The notes under the pieces were generated by a model. The model was not told the DNA's origin and searched no databases. It saw only the letters and a program-made list of their open reading frames with translations. This document shows positions 1 to 10,826 of a DNA stretch of 64,000 nt, in pieces. Source of the DNA: an uncultured Desulfobacter sp. GTDB lineage: Bacteria > Desulfobacterota > Desulfobacteria > Desulfobacterales > Desulfobacteraceae. Made by a program: the position numbers and the translations under genes. The stretch covers positions 3,648,001-3,712,000 of the forward strand of contig OY762069.1 in NCBI GenBank assembly GCA_963665095.1, written 5' to 3'. Every line of letters starts with the position of its first letter. Positions within the stretch are counted from its first letter, which is position 1.

Positions 1-1371
1 CGGATGAACTTCCACCAGCGTATCGTTGTCCAGGATCTTCCGTATATAGGAGACTGCAAACAGCGGTTCAATGCCCGAGGATGTGTTGGCAATGATGGAT
101 AGGGTACCGGTGGGGGCGATGGTCGTGCAGGTGGCGTTACGCCGGGCAGGTTCTCCTCTTTGCTGTGAAAGGCTTCCTTCGAAGTTGGGAAAGGCCCCGC
201 GTTCCCCGGCAAGGGTCTGGGACGCCTGCCTTGCCTCCCGGGAGATGAAGGCCATAAGCCGTTCTCCAAGTTCCAGGGCCTTTTGGCTGTTGTAGGGGAT
301 TCCCAAAAGAATCAGCATATCGGCCCAGCCCATGATACCCAGTCCGATCTTGCGATTGGCCCGGGTCATTTCCTTGATCTGGGGCAGCGGGAAGCGATTA
401 ACTTCAATGACGTTGTCCAGAAAGCGGCAGGCCAGGCGAACCGTACGGCCAAGTTTTTCCCAGTCCACCTTTGCCCCGGAAGTCAGCATGGCAGAAAGGT
501 TGACAGATCCCAGGTTGCAGGACTCAAAGGGCAGAAGCGGTTGTTCGCCACAGGGGTTGGTGGCCTCGATATTGCCGATGTGGGGGGTGGGGTTGTCTTT
601 ATTTATGCGGTCCAGGAAGATAATGCCGGGCTCGCCGTTGTGCCATGCCATGTCCACGATCCGGCTGAATACCTTGCGTGCGGACAGCGGTTTGACCCTC
701 TCCTGGGTGCGGGGATTGATAAGATAATAGTCTTCGTCCCTTTCCACGGCATTCATGAATGACTCTGTCAGACCTACTGAGATGTTGAAATTGTTCAGGA
801 CTAAGGGATCCTTTTTTGCCATGATGAAATCCATGATATCGGGGTGATCCACCCGCAGGATGCCCATGTTGGCCCCGCGCCGAGTGCCTCCCTGTTTAAT
901 GGTTTCCGTTGCTGCATTAAACACCTGCATAAAGGAAAGAGGACCCGAAGACACGCCCTGGGTTGAAAGTACCACATCCTTTGCGGGGCGGATCCGGCTG
1001 AAGGAAAAGCCCGTGCCACCGCCGCTTTTATGAATAAGAGCCGTCTGCTTGATGGCTTCGAAAATACTTTCCATGGAGTCTTCCACCGGGAGAACGAAAC
1101 AGGCTGAGAGCTGGCCCAGTTCCCTTCCTGCATTCATCAGGGTCGGGGAATTCGGCAGGAATTCAAGAGATGAGATGAGTTGAAAAAATTCGGTTTCAAG
1201 TTCCCGGAGATCTTTGGCCGTGTCAAAGGTTGCTTCGGCCTGAGCAATTGTCTTGGCCACCCGGCAAAACATCTTTTCAGGCGTTTCAAGCAAGTGGCCG
1301 TCAGCATCGCGTTTGAGGTAGCGTCTCTCCAACACGGTCACGGCATTGGACGACAGGTCAGTGGTACTCAT
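1..1371 (-). CDS. nrdJ: Class II (B12-dependent) ribonucleotide reductase, 5' part; runs off the window edge
   Basis: Manual minus-strand translation from ATG 1371: [22 protein letters not shown]...[12 protein letters not shown]...QLSACFV...GGGTG...[11 protein letters not shown]...[20 protein letters not shown]. Absent from the ORF track because it has no stop in the window. Confidence 0.93.
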   Translation of the reverse strand, partial: MSTTDLSSNAVTVLERRYLKRDADGHLLETPEKMFCRVAKTIAQAEATFDTAKDLRELETEFFQLISSLEFLPNSPTLMNAGRELGQLSACFVLPVEDSMESIFEAIKQTALIHKSGGGTGFSFSRIRPAKDVVLSTQGVSSGPLSFMQVFNAATETIKQGGTRRGANMGILRVDHPDIMDFIMAKKDPLVLNNFNISVGLTESFMNAVERDEDYYLINPRTQERVKPLSARKVFSRIVDMAWHNGEPGIIFLDRINKDNPTPHIGNIEATNPCGEQPLLPFESCNLGSVNLSAMLTSGAKVDWEKLGRTVRLACRFLDNVIEVNRFPLPQIKEMTRANRKIGLGIMGWADMLILLGIPYNSQKALELGERLMAFISREARQASQTLAGERGAFPNFEGSLSQQRGEPARRNATCTTIAPTGTLSIIANTSSGIEPLFAVSYIRKILDNDTLVEVHP

Positions 1372-1401
1372 ATCAGTTATGTCCTTTTCAATATCGTTAA
1401 A

Positions 1402-1449
1402 GCCCAATATATAGCGCTCGAATAACGAATTAAACACAACATATTGTTA
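1402..1449. promoter_or_regulatory. Tandem NrdR boxes
   Basis: gccCaAtATaTaGcgc (1402-1417) and acaCaAcATaTtGtta (1434-1449) match the acaCwAtATaTwGtgt consensus. Their starts are 32 bp apart, directly upstream of nrdJ. Confidence 0.8.
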
Positions 1450-1768
1450 ATGTCAAGTAATAGGACATACAGGGTAACCGCATTTATAATAATACACAGA
1501 ATCTCCAATTAAATTTATTCCAGGTGTTCAAAAACAGACACAATGGTGTCCTGGGAATTTCGGAAAAAGCGTTCATTCATACCATTTTGTGAACCCTGGT
1601 ATTACTTGATCGTATTATGGAGATCCTCCAAATCTCAGAGTGCCAAGAGAAAATAGTTTGATGAAAGAGTTATTGAATTTTCGGTATCATCATTCTTTTG
1701 AAGTTCATTCTTGTTCAATCTTTGTTTAACCGATATTTTGTTCAACAAGTTGGGTAAAATCTGAAGAG

Positions 1769-2037
1769 ATGATGATATTGGGACATAACAGTTTAAAATG
1801 CTACATTATTTCAGGGCCTAATGGAGCTGGGAAAACCACCTTTGCAGAAAACTATCTTCCAGTAGAGGCTGAATGCTTGAACTTTATAAACGCTGATATG
1901 ATTGCAAAAGGGCTTGCTCCTTTCAACCCGGAAAGCGTTGCCATAGAAGCGGGAAAAATATTTTTAAAGCGTATTGAAACATTGGCCCATTTGCCTTTGA
2001 GACAACGCTAAGTGGATTGAATTTCATTGATCGCATT
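1769..2037 (+). pseudogene. Zeta-toxin/AAA_33-like P-loop kinase, 5' part (frameshifted and transposon-interrupted)
   Basis: [14 protein letters not shown]...[11 protein letters not shown], then a frameshift near 1985 into [16 protein letters not shown], then the transposon end. Confidence 0.8.
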
Positions 2038-2330
2038 TGTTGAGTCGCATTTTATCCTGACTTAAATTTTCTAATTATTTTGAACAGATTAAATCTTTTC
2101 CATATTATTTAAGACAGCTACAGAAGTCGCTGCGCTCCTTCTCAGTAGGTTTTTAAGGCATAGGCAGAACAGCTTGAATAAAGCAGAAAGGGGAAGCAGG
2201 TAATCCCCACTTCCCCTGGCGCATTATTCAATGCTGCCTGCTTCCGGCTATCCCTTACCAGGTTGCTCCTCAGCAGAGCCCGGCTCCGTTTCACCGAAAT
2301 CGTAATATTCTGCTCTATGGCTGTTTTTTC

Positions 2331-3140
2331 TTAAAAAATTTCCGATGAAGCAATGCGGACATGCTCTGCAGATACCGTCATTGATTTTTCTGCCGCAGCA
2401 GCAATCAATGAGCCTCTGGCAAGATTATTCGCCTTTCGTAAAAGGCCGCCGGAGCCTTGATGAATCGCAGTCACCGCCTGGTCAGAAAAAAAGTTGGTGT
2501 CAACACCGCATAGTTTTAAATGATGGATCAGGTAAGTTTTCATTCCAGCCACATCCAGACCATCCAGATGGCTTTTAGCCACAATCCTGGATGCAAACGG
2601 GATTGACGTCCGGTACTGAAGCTTATCTATCAATGTCGGCTGACCTGCAAGGATCACAGGCAGCCAGGGCATGGCGTCTTTTTCAAATTGAACCAGGGTG
2701 TGAAGTTCGGCAAAGACTTCCATGCGAAGCAGAGATGCCTCATCTATAATCAAAACGGTTTTGATCTTTTTTCCCAGGACGAATTCACGTATTTCATTTT
2801 TAATAATGGAGATCATAACAGCGCGGGACGTCGATGTCCGCTCTATGCCCAGTTCTTCAACAATCTGCCGGTAAAGTTCCATGATGGAACCGCTTGAGGC
2901 CGTAACATAAAAGACTTTGTATTCCGAAGGGTGTAGGGATGAGGCGGCATACCTTAAGGCGGTGGACTTTCCGCTGCCCACATCCCCTGTGATAACCGCA
3001 CTGCAGCCAAGTCTTAAGGAATAATCAATCCGATTTTTAACGCCCGAGACCTCCGGGGTGACCAGGATATCATTGATTTCTATCTGTGCCGGGAAGGCCT
3101 CCCTATATAAGCCAAAAAAGGTACGATACATTTCACTCAT
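2331..3140 (-). CDS. ExeA/AAA_22-family ATPase (transposition helper)
   Basis: Walker A GDVGSGKST, Walker B LIIDEA, ILAGQP, SRI and GLLRKAN. Overlaps the transposase stop. Confidence 0.9.
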   Translation of the reverse strand: MSEMYRTFFGLYREAFPAQIEINDILVTPEVSGVKNRIDYSLRLGCSAVITGDVGSGKSTALRYAASSLHPSEYKVFYVTASSGSIMELYRQIVEELGIERTSTSRAVMISIIKNEIREFVLGKKIKTVLIIDEASLLRMEVFAELHTLVQFEKDAMPWLPVILAGQPTLIDKLQYRTSIPFASRIVAKSHLDGLDVAGMKTYLIHHLKLCGVDTNFFSDQAVTAIHQGSGGLLRKANNLARGSLIAAAAEKSMTVSAEHVRIASSEIF

Positions 3141-4393
3141 AACAGTTGCCCTCCCTTGTAATTTGAGGGTTCAGGCATAATCCGGATATCATTTTCGTTC
3201 CAGCGGTGCCGCTTGACCCGACAGTTCACAGCAAGGTCCACCGGGGTTAACAAGCCATAAGACTTTGCTTTATAGATAACTTCAGCCTGCAAAGGGGTGT
3301 CCTCATGGTACTTTACATCCACATGTCTGCCGATCAGCGCAACCGGGGCCTCAAACATGTTGCCGTCAAGGGTGATGGTTCGGTCCTTTGCCACCTTGCG
3401 CCGGGCGGTTTTGCGGAAGTGGTCTTTCAGATCCGGTGGGGCGGTACGGATGCACTCCATGGCCGAGGTAAATCTTTTAAACGGTGATTCGCCTGTGGAA
3501 CTGTGTTTACGCTGATGGTACTCATTATGAAGCCACTTCTCAAACGCCCCATTCAGATCATCCAGGGTCTTACCTGTAAATCTTTGCAGAAACTGAAGCC
3601 GAACCGTTCTGAACCAGCGCTCGATTTTACCTTTCCCCTGGGGTTTATATGGCCTTGCATGGATTAAAGCGATGGACAGAGACGCGGCTACATATTTTAA
3701 ATGATGGGATCTGAACGCAGGACCGTTATCTACATACAGCTTGCGGGGAAGCCCGCGGCTCAAAAAAGCTTGCTCCAGTACCATAAGATAGGTCTTCAGA
3801 TTCTCAGATAAATAAAAACCTGCAGCCGTAACCAGCCTGGAATGATCGTCCATAATGGCAATCAGGTACGTTTTTCTTTGCTTATCCTGAACCAGGACTG
3901 TAGGGCCGTGCATGACGTCGCTTTGCCACATATCATTGGGGTGCGGGGCTTCAAACTTTCTTCTATCCTCTGGCCGGGCCGTGTTCATTAGCCCCCGGCC
4001 GCGTAAAAAACGGTATACACTGGATGGACTGTATGTCTGGCATGTAGTTTTTTGAAGTGAACAGATCAATGTATCGACTGTCGCATCAGGCTGGTCTAAC
4101 CGGAGTTTGATTAGTTGAGATGCAGTCTCGTCATCGAATACCCTTGATTTTCCCTGGTCTGAACGGTCTTTGGGGTAAAGAGATTCTATTCGACCGTTAT
4201 ACTGCCGGACCCATCCCAGAATCGTACTTCTGGAAAGCCTGGTCCTTCCAGAATACGGGATGGACCATTTGCGGGCGCATTTCTGCTGTAAAATTCGTTC
4301 TTTTTCACCGTAATCAAAATTTGTTCCGGTCACAAATTCACAAATGACCCCAAACCTGAACACGGCAACCTCTTTTTTCTGATTTTCTGTCAT
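3137..4393 (-). CDS. DDE transposase (rve core, N-terminal HTH, Mu-transposase-like C-terminus)
   Basis: WQSDVM, IMDDHSR, YVDNG, GKIERWF; C-terminal RRKVAKDRTITLDG. Confidence 0.92.
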   Translation of the reverse strand: MTENQKKEVAVFRFGVICEFVTGTNFDYGEKERILQQKCARKWSIPYSGRTRLSRSTILGWVRQYNGRIESLYPKDRSDQGKSRVFDDETASQLIKLRLDQPDATVDTLICSLQKTTCQTYSPSSVYRFLRGRGLMNTARPEDRRKFEAPHPNDMWQSDVMHGPTVLVQDKQRKTYLIAIMDDHSRLVTAAGFYLSENLKTYLMVLEQAFLSRGLPRKLYVDNGPAFRSHHLKYVAASLSIALIHARPYKPQGKGKIERWFRTVRLQFLQRFTGKTLDDLNGAFEKWLHNEYHQRKHSSTGESPFKRFTSAMECIRTAPPDLKDHFRKTARRKVAKDRTITLDGNMFEAPVALIGRHVDVKYHEDTPLQAEVIYKAKSYGLLTPVDLAVNCRVKRHRWNENDIRIMPEPSNYKGGQLL

Positions 4394-4496
4394 ACTTCCT
4401 CCTTAAAATTTGGTTCTAAGGGCTTGTATGACAGTATGATCCTTCGGTAAATCACAGCCTTCGGTAGGGTGGTTTAAACCTGATCCAGCCCCATGG

Positions 4497-4943
4497 TTAA
4501 ATTGAACTGGTAACCGGGATTTTACCCATACCGATTAGCTTGATAAAACCAGCAACCACACCTTTGTCCCAACTGTTGGACAGGTAGGCCGCTATATTTC
4601 GTTTCAATGCAGTAAACCAAAAATGCTGTCGACTCCAGGAGAGTTCCGGCAGATACCGGTCTGTGTATAGACGACTCATAATGCTGGTAAGGATTTGCCA
4701 GATACTGGCCTGGAACCTCTTGAAAAAACCATATGGCTTCAATTTGAATACGGTTTTGCAATAGGGGCAGCGATATCGCTTCAAATACACCCCTTGATCA
4801 AATCCATCAAAAAAGGAGAGTACAAAGCCGTGTCCCCACAGCCTGGAGTCGTTGCAATGTGGACATCGTGACGGTTTTGGCCATGTAAAATTTTTGCCCT
4901 GCTTGAAAATTTGCTTGATATCAGCTTTGACCTTTATTATCAT
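4497..4943 (-). CDS. Small Zn-finger accessory protein of the transposon (DUF6431-like)
   Basis: CPHC...WGHG...RYRCPYC; first gene inside the element. Confidence 0.7.
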   Translation of the reverse strand: MIIKVKADIKQIFKQGKNFTWPKPSRCPHCNDSRLWGHGFVLSFFDGFDQGVYLKRYRCPYCKTVFKLKPYGFFKRFQASIWQILTSIMSRLYTDRYLPELSWSRQHFWFTALKRNIAAYLSNSWDKGVVAGFIKLIGMGKIPVTSSI

Positions 4944-5140
4944 TTTTATGGTTGTTTTGGGATTTTATAAATCCCGGTCTTAAGGGCGAGGCTCTGCAAA
5001 GCTTTTCGCCCTTTTCATTTTTGTCAGAATGCTTTGATCAGAACCTGTACAGGATAATTTGAGAAAAATGGAACTTTGTCAATTTAATATGAAAAATTTG
5101 GCGGGTTTTTGTTCAGATTATTTCGGGAATCTACAGCATT

Positions 5141-5194
5141 AATAAATGGCGGACAGTTGGTTACGAAGTAATAAAGGGTGTTGAAACCATTTAA
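5141..5194 (+). pseudogene. Continuation of the zeta-toxin-like gene, truncated
   Basis: After the TSD it reads NKWRTVGYEVI, the expected next segment, then diverges and stops. Confidence 0.65.
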
Positions 5195-5396
5195 ATCATA
5201 ACGGAGTTATAATTGCCTCACAGGTTTGAATTTTTTCTTTTTCAAAATCCAGTAGTTCATTTTTACCGTCGTATAATCTGAATTTGATTTTTACCGCGTG
5301 TTTTCATCTTATGAAACGGCCTTGGTGAGGTTTCAGATATACCGGTATTGTCCGAGCTATCGGTTTTATGAAAAATTCAATGTCGAATTTTTTGAT

Positions 5397-5972
5397 TTAT
5401 CCTGTGGCTGCAAACAACTCCTTTTGTTTATTATATTTTTTCTGAGGCGTCTGCCTTGTACCAGCCATTTCAAGCAACAAGGTTGCAATTGTTGTCAACG
5501 CTGATCGAACAACTACACCATGCTGGCTTCTTACCCTTGTTTGTTCGAGGCCTTCCCTTTTTTTCATCAAATTGAAAGGACGTTCGCAGTTCTTCCGAAT
5601 CTAGATTGATTCTTGAGAACCTTGATGAAACGTCGGCATTGGCTGGAAATAACCACTATCAAAAGCCAGGACTCTTGATTTGGGGCATCTTGATTCGAAC
5701 ATACACTCACCGGGTGTTGTACCGCAGCCAATAACATAATACGACTTATCTCTTTTCTTCCGGCGCTTTCCACAATCACAATCCATGTCGGAATAGATTC
5801 GTACCTTTTTGCCCTTGATCTCAATTGTGCAAAGGGGATAGTTGATCTCTGATGGCAACTCAGTAGAATCAACGCCATGAATAACTGCGTTTTCAAGACA
5901 ACCAGATTTATAAAAATGATGGCCGTTCCCACCCGGTTCAGCACGGTTGCCCCTAAACAAAGGCACAAACAA
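5397..5972 (-). pseudogene. Degenerate DDE transposase (IS4/IS5-like superfamily)
   Basis: HGVDST motif, in-frame stop at 5601-5603, then RKNCERPFNLMKKREGLEQTRVRS. Too short for an intact enzyme, so an internal deletion is likely. Confidence 0.65.
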
Positions 5973-6310
5973 TGCCCGGGTTTACGATTTGGTTTCAGAA
6001 AGCAGCAATCCCAGCCATTTCACATGAAATACTCCCCTAAAGGGTGTGCAGGTATAATCTTCCCTGGCAAACAGCTCAAAGCAAGGCAGGCAAAGAAGAT
6101 CAGGCTTGTTTTAATAAGGTGACCCCTCCCTGGCTCTGCTCTATATTTTTTTGCAAACCATGGCAGATAATAGCAAGGTCCTAATATTAAAACAAAAAAC
6201 CAGATGAATTGAATTTTGATAAAAGATCAGGAAAAGTGAAACCCTGGTGACCGGGATGCAGGTTTTGTAACCGGTTTGATAAAGCAGTCCCGGGACTGCT
6301 GCCTGCCTGA

Positions 6311-7864
6311 TTACAAATCCCTGGCAGCTCCCCGTGAACGGACTTTTTTTCTGCCAAAAGGGACCTTAAGTTTTTTCATACGGTTGCGCAGGGTGTTGGC
6401 ATTGATCCCAAGCAGCACTGCGGCACCGCCAGGACCGTCGATACGGCCCTTTGTCATCTCCAGGACCTGTTTGATATGAATGGCATTGACCCTGTCCAGG
6501 TTCAACTCCTGACTCATGGTTGTATCAGCCGGGGAGGGAGCCTTTTTTCCAAATGCATTGACCTCAAAATCCAGCAGCCCCCCCTGGTTCATAATCAGGG
6601 CTCTTTCCACAACATTTTCAAGCTCACGCACATTGCCCGGCCAGGAATAGGCCATGAGCCGGTCAATGGAATCCGGTGCAAGCCTGGGGATAATTCTCTT
6701 TTTCAGTTCCCGGGATTTTTTCTGTATCAGATACTGAACCAGCATGGGAATATCAGCCTGACGCTGCCGCAAGGGGGGAATCTGCACGGGAAACACTTTT
6801 ATCCTGAAGTAGAGGTCCTGCCGGAACTGCCCTTTTTTCAGCATGGCTTCCAGGTCCCGGTGGGTTGCCGCAATCACCCTGACATCCACTTTGATCTGGG
6901 CGGTACCACCCACACGCTCCAGCTCCTTTTCCTGGAGAACCCGCAGCAGCCGGATCTGGGCGTTCAATGGAAGCTCGCCGATCTCATCCAGAAACAAGGT
7001 TCCGGTATGGGCTCTTTCAAAACGCCCCCTTTTTCCCTGAACCGCACCGGTAAAGGCTCCTTTTTCATGGCCGAACAACTCACTGTCCAGAAGAGAGTCA
7101 GGGATGGCACCGCAGTTGATTTTTATAAACGGCCTGTTTCTTCTTCTGGATAAATTATGGATGGCATTGGCAATCACCTCCTTGCCTGTTCCGGTCTCTC
7201 CAAGCAGCAGCACAGGGCTGTCATGGTCTGCCACCTGGTGCACCATCTCCATTGCCGCACAAAGCCCTGAGTCCTGCCCCACAACCTCCTTGCCGGTCAT
7301 GCCGTATAATTCATCCTGGAGATACCGGTTGTCGTCTGCCAGGGCGTCTTTAATGCTGACAAGCTCCCTGTAGCGAAGTGCATTGGTAATGGCAACAGCA
7401 AAGGGTTTATTTAAAAGACGGATCAAATTAACATGGTCATCTGTAAACTGCCCTGGTTTTTCATTAAAAACAGTGACCATGCCCACTTCTTTGTTTTCAA
7501 GCATCAAATCCATGATAATGGCGGATCCATTGGAAAGGTCAAAAGAGTCCAGAGCAACTTTCGTATAGATATTTTCCTTCAGATTTTCAATATAGTGAAT
7601 CCCCTGAACCCAGTTCTCCTTTACGGATGCCCGCAGGTCCGGGGGCAGCTGTATCTGCTCTGACAAGGCCTGGCCGCAGGTTTGCGAAGCCATGGCAATG
7701 GTCTCTAAAATCCCTAGTTCATAATCATGCACATGAAAAGCCATGCGGTCGGCAGGCATGAAACCCTTTAGATACAAAAGGCACTTGTGCAATGCTGTTT
7801 CAATATCAAGGCTTGAACAGATCCTTAATATAGCTTTCATGAAAAATTCGGTTTTATCAACCAT
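6311..7864 (-). CDS. Sigma-54-dependent activator, GAF-AAA-HTH (FhlA/NifA-like)
   Basis: GETGTGKE, ELFGHEKGAFTGA, LFLDEIG, WPGNVREL, C-terminal Fis HTH. Confidence 0.95.
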   Translation of the reverse strand: MVDKTEFFMKAILRICSSLDIETALHKCLLYLKGFMPADRMAFHVHDYELGILETIAMASQTCGQALSEQIQLPPDLRASVKENWVQGIHYIENLKENIYTKVALDSFDLSNGSAIIMDLMLENKEVGMVTVFNEKPGQFTDDHVNLIRLLNKPFAVAITNALRYRELVSIKDALADDNRYLQDELYGMTGKEVVGQDSGLCAAMEMVHQVADHDSPVLLLGETGTGKEVIANAIHNLSRRRNRPFIKINCGAIPDSLLDSELFGHEKGAFTGAVQGKRGRFERAHTGTLFLDEIGELPLNAQIRLLRVLQEKELERVGGTAQIKVDVRVIAATHRDLEAMLKKGQFRQDLYFRIKVFPVQIPPLRQRQADIPMLVQYLIQKKSRELKKRIIPRLAPDSIDRLMAYSWPGNVRELENVVERALIMNQGGLLDFEVNAFGKKAPSPADTTMSQELNLDRVNAIHIKQVLEMTKGRIDGPGGAAVLLGINANTLRNRMKKLKVPFGRKKVRSRGAARDL

Positions 7865-8065
7865 GTCACCTGCCCTTTAATAAATCACCGGATTTGGTAA
7901 AACCTTCTATCCCCCCCGACAAAACAAATATAAGCTGCAATATATTAGATACACTAATACCATATTTGATATAAATTAAATTTTTCACCATATATCACAG
8001 AAATCTCATGTCCCAATCTATCACCAAACACACAATATATTGACATTAAAGCATTTAGTATCCAA

Positions 8066-8081
8066 TGGCACACCCATTGCT
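8066..8081 (+). promoter_or_regulatory. Sigma-54 -24/-12 promoter
   Basis: TGGCAC-ACCCA-TTGCT about 40 bp before the aminotransferase ATG, divergent from an enhancer-binding protein gene. Confidence 0.88.
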
Positions 8082-8122
8082 ATATAAATTTAAATTTGAA
8101 AAACAGCAAACCCGGAGGAAAC

Positions 8123-9499
8123 ATGACATCAACACACCCCGGACAGGTGAGCAGAAAAACAAAAACCCAGGTATTTAAACAATTCGGAGATCACATCTCC
8201 AGGGGACAGATCCGGTTTTTAACTGCCGGACACCTGGATATCCTTGAAAGAAAAAGAAAAGGGATCTGCTTTTCAGAAGCACAGACAGAAAGAACATTTC
8301 TGGACTGCTTTTCCTCTGCAGGTTCATTTAACACGGGCAGGGGAAACCAGAGTATTGCCCGGGCGGCCTGCGATCACGCCGGGGTAAGCGACATGGGCTC
8401 CTCCATGCTCCTCTCCCCTTTAAAGATCAGGCTTGCCCAGAAACTTGCAGACCTTGCGCCCGGGGACATGAATAAAGTGGTGCTTACCGGCAGCGGGGCT
8501 GACTCCATCGAAGCGGCCATAAAACTTGCCAGGGGCGCCACAGGAAGGGATGAAGTCATATCCATGGTAAAGGCGTACCACGGACATTCCGGATTCAGCC
8601 TGTCCGCAGGGGGAAAGGACTACTATAAAGAGTTGTTTGAGCCGCTCATGCCGGGGTTCCGGCTTGCTGCGTTCAACGATCTTGCCGCCGTAACCGCCAT
8701 GGCCTCGGAAAAGACCGCTGCCATCCTGCTGGAACCGGTCCAGGGAGAGGGCGGTATCCATGTGGCCACAGACGAGTATTTAAAAGGTTTAAGAAATCTT
8801 TGCGACAAACTTGGAATCATCCTTATTTTTGACGAAATCCAGACCGGGTTCGGACGCACCGGCAGGTTGTGGTTTTCCCAGCATTCAGGTGTTGTGCCCG
8901 ATATCATGGCCCTGGCCAAATCCATTGGCGGCGGCATATGCCCCAATGGCGCCATGGTGTACAGAGGCACAGAACAATTGACCGGGTATGTAAACAGATT
9001 TCCTTTTTTCCACAGGTCTTCCGGCGGGGGAAGCGATCTTGGGTGTGCCGTATCCTTAAAGGTTATTGACCACCTCATGGAAACCAGGCTGTGGGAAAAT
9101 GCCGAAAAAACAGGGGGGATGTTAAAGGCAGGACTGAACCGCATTATGGCCGAAAACAGCCGGATCATCAGGGAAGTCCGGGGCAAAGGGCTTATGATAG
9201 GCATTGAATATACCCAGGAGTTCATGGGAGTGCTCATGGCGGACTGCCTGTCCAAAAGCGGTATTTTTGCGGCCTATTCAGGCAATGCCCCCCAGGTCAT
9301 GAGGTTTATGCTCCCTTTAACAGTCACGGAACATGAGGTTAATGATTTTTTAGCCCGGTTTAAAAAAGCGCTGGCCCTTCAAAAGCGTTACCTGTTTTTC
9401 CTGCTGCCCCTGAGCAAAATCCCCATTGTGCGAAAATGGTTGAATGAAGACGATATTCTTGTTCCCATCAATGTCTTTGCCAGGAAATTCGGTCTTTAA
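8123..9499 (+). CDS. Class III PLP aminotransferase (putrescine/ornithine AT-like), Lys-bearing subunit
   Basis: SGADS, YHG, EPVQGEGG, DEIQTGFGRTG, PDIMALAKSIGGG. ATG 8123 follows GGAGG. Confidence 0.9.
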   Translation: MTSTHPGQVSRKTKTQVFKQFGDHISRGQIRFLTAGHLDILERKRKGICFSEAQTERTFLDCFSSAGSFNTGRGNQSIARAACDHAGVSDMGSSMLLSPLKIRLAQKLADLAPGDMNKVVLTGSGADSIEAAIKLARGATGRDEVISMVKAYHGHSGFSLSAGGKDYYKELFEPLMPGFRLAAFNDLAAVTAMASEKTAAILLEPVQGEGGIHVATDEYLKGLRNLCDKLGIILIFDEIQTGFGRTGRLWFSQHSGVVPDIMALAKSIGGGICPNGAMVYRGTEQLTGYVNRFPFFHRSSGGGSDLGCAVSLKVIDHLMETRLWENAEKTGGMLKAGLNRIMAENSRIIREVRGKGLMIGIEYTQEFMGVLMADCLSKSGIFAAYSGNAPQVMRFMLPLTVTEHEVNDFLARFKKALALQKRYLFFLLPLSKIPIVRKWLNEDDILVPINVFARKFGL

Positions 9500-9572
9500 C
9501 CCTGATATTCTAAACAAACCCCCGGCTGGATTTGAAATTCCATGAACGATCCGGGTCAAAGGAGTCTTCCCC

Positions 9573-10826
9573 ATGAAAGATACTGCCACAACGGCTCAAG
9601 CAGGCAATCTTGAACAATCGTTATTACACCAGGCCAAAAATCTTTTTTCCCAAAGCCTTGTTGATAATTTAACTGCTGCAGGCCATGATATCATTGAAAC
9701 CCGCAGCCAGGGGATCTATCTTTTTGATATAAACGATAAAGCCTATATTGACTGCTATTGCGGTGCAGGCACATACAATCTTGGCAGGAACTGCAAAAAG
9801 GTGCAGGCCGAACTTCAAAATGCTGTCCTGAATACAGATTGCGGCAACTTTATTCTTATTTCCGAAGAAAAAGCTGACCTGGCCTCACACCTTGCCCGGT
9901 TCACGGGCAACGACCTTTCCTGCTGCCTTTTTACCGTAGTCCGGGGGGAGGCCATGGATGCAGCCTGTAAAATTGCCAGGGGCCATACCGGTAAAAAGCA
10001 GTTAATTGCTGCCGACGGAGGGTGGCACGGGGAGACCGGTTTTGCCTTGGGGCTTTCCCGGCGCCCGGACAAGGAGCAGTTCGGCAGGCTGATCCCGGAA
10101 CAGACAATTGTTGAATTCAACAATATAAAGGAGGCTGAAAAAGCCATCACCCATGACACTGCTGCATTTATCCTGGAACCGGTCCAGGCGGAAAACGCCT
10201 GCTGCATTGCAGATAAAGAATATCTGGAAGCTGTGAGGCAGCTTTGCAGCGAACACGGGGCATTGCTGATTTTTGATGAAACCCAGACCGGGTTCGGCCG
10301 CACCGGCCACAAATTTGCCCGGGATTATTCTGGTGTTGAACCGGACATCCTTTTATTTGGAGAAGCGGTTACATCCGGGGTTTTCCCCATGACAGGGCTT
10401 ATGTTTACCCCCCGGGTCAAATCTTTTTTTGATCTGCATCCTTTAATTCACCTGTGCACCTTTGGCGGGCATGATGTGGGGTGCAGGGTTGGTGTCAGGG
10501 CCCTTGAGGTCTATACAGAAACCCGGCCCTGGGAAAATGCCGCAAAACAGGGCAAAACACTGCTCAATCACCTTACATCCCTGAAAAACGATCATCCTGA
10601 TTTGATGACCCGGGTAAACGGACTTGGACTTTTAATTTCCGCAACCTTTGCAGATGAACCCCTTGCCCGGTCATTCTGCATACATGCAAAAAACAATGGA
10701 TTTTTTGTTGCCCAGGGCCTGGTTGACCCCAAATCTGTTATTTTCCGGCCTGCCCTGACCATGACAGATGAAGAAACCGGGCTGTTAATCCAGGCTGTGA
10801 CTGCGGCCGTACAGGCGTTGCCATGA
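9573..10826 (+). CDS. Class III aminotransferase homolog lacking the catalytic lysine
   Basis: EPVQAE and DETQTGFGRTG are kept, but PDILLFGEAVTSG has Glu at the Lys position. TFGG is kept. Confidence 0.85.
   Translation: MKDTATTAQAGNLEQSLLHQAKNLFSQSLVDNLTAAGHDIIETRSQGIYLFDINDKAYIDCYCGAGTYNLGRNCKKVQAELQNAVLNTDCGNFILISEEKADLASHLARFTGNDLSCCLFTVVRGEAMDAACKIARGHTGKKQLIAADGGWHGETGFALGLSRRPDKEQFGRLIPEQTIVEFNNIKEAEKAITHDTAAFILEPVQAENACCIADKEYLEAVRQLCSEHGALLIFDETQTGFGRTGHKFARDYSGVEPDILLFGEAVTSGVFPMTGLMFTPRVKSFFDLHPLIHLCTFGGHDVGCRVGVRALEVYTETRPWENAAKQGKTLLNHLTSLKNDHPDLMTRVNGLGLLISATFADEPLARSFCIHAKNNGFFVAQGLVDPKSVIFRPALTMTDEETGLLIQAVTAAVQALP

Larger units (their letters stand above)
2038..5135 (-). mobile_element. 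3098-bp three-gene transposon with TGT...ACA ends and 5-bp target duplication GCATT
   Basis: GCATT at 2033-2037 and 5136-5140. Ends TGTTGAGTCGCATTTTATCCTGAC and revcomp TGTAGATTCCCGAAATAATCTGAAC. The interrupted gene resumes in frame after 5140. Confidence 0.88.

Noticed and set aside
71..1425. ORF-track entries on the + strand and 801-1133 (-)
   Set aside because: Shadow frames of nrdJ.
8030..8045. NrdR-box-like ACACAATATATTGACA
   Set aside because: Single copy in an AT-rich sigma-54 upstream region with no nucleotide-reduction gene; more likely chance or another factor's site.
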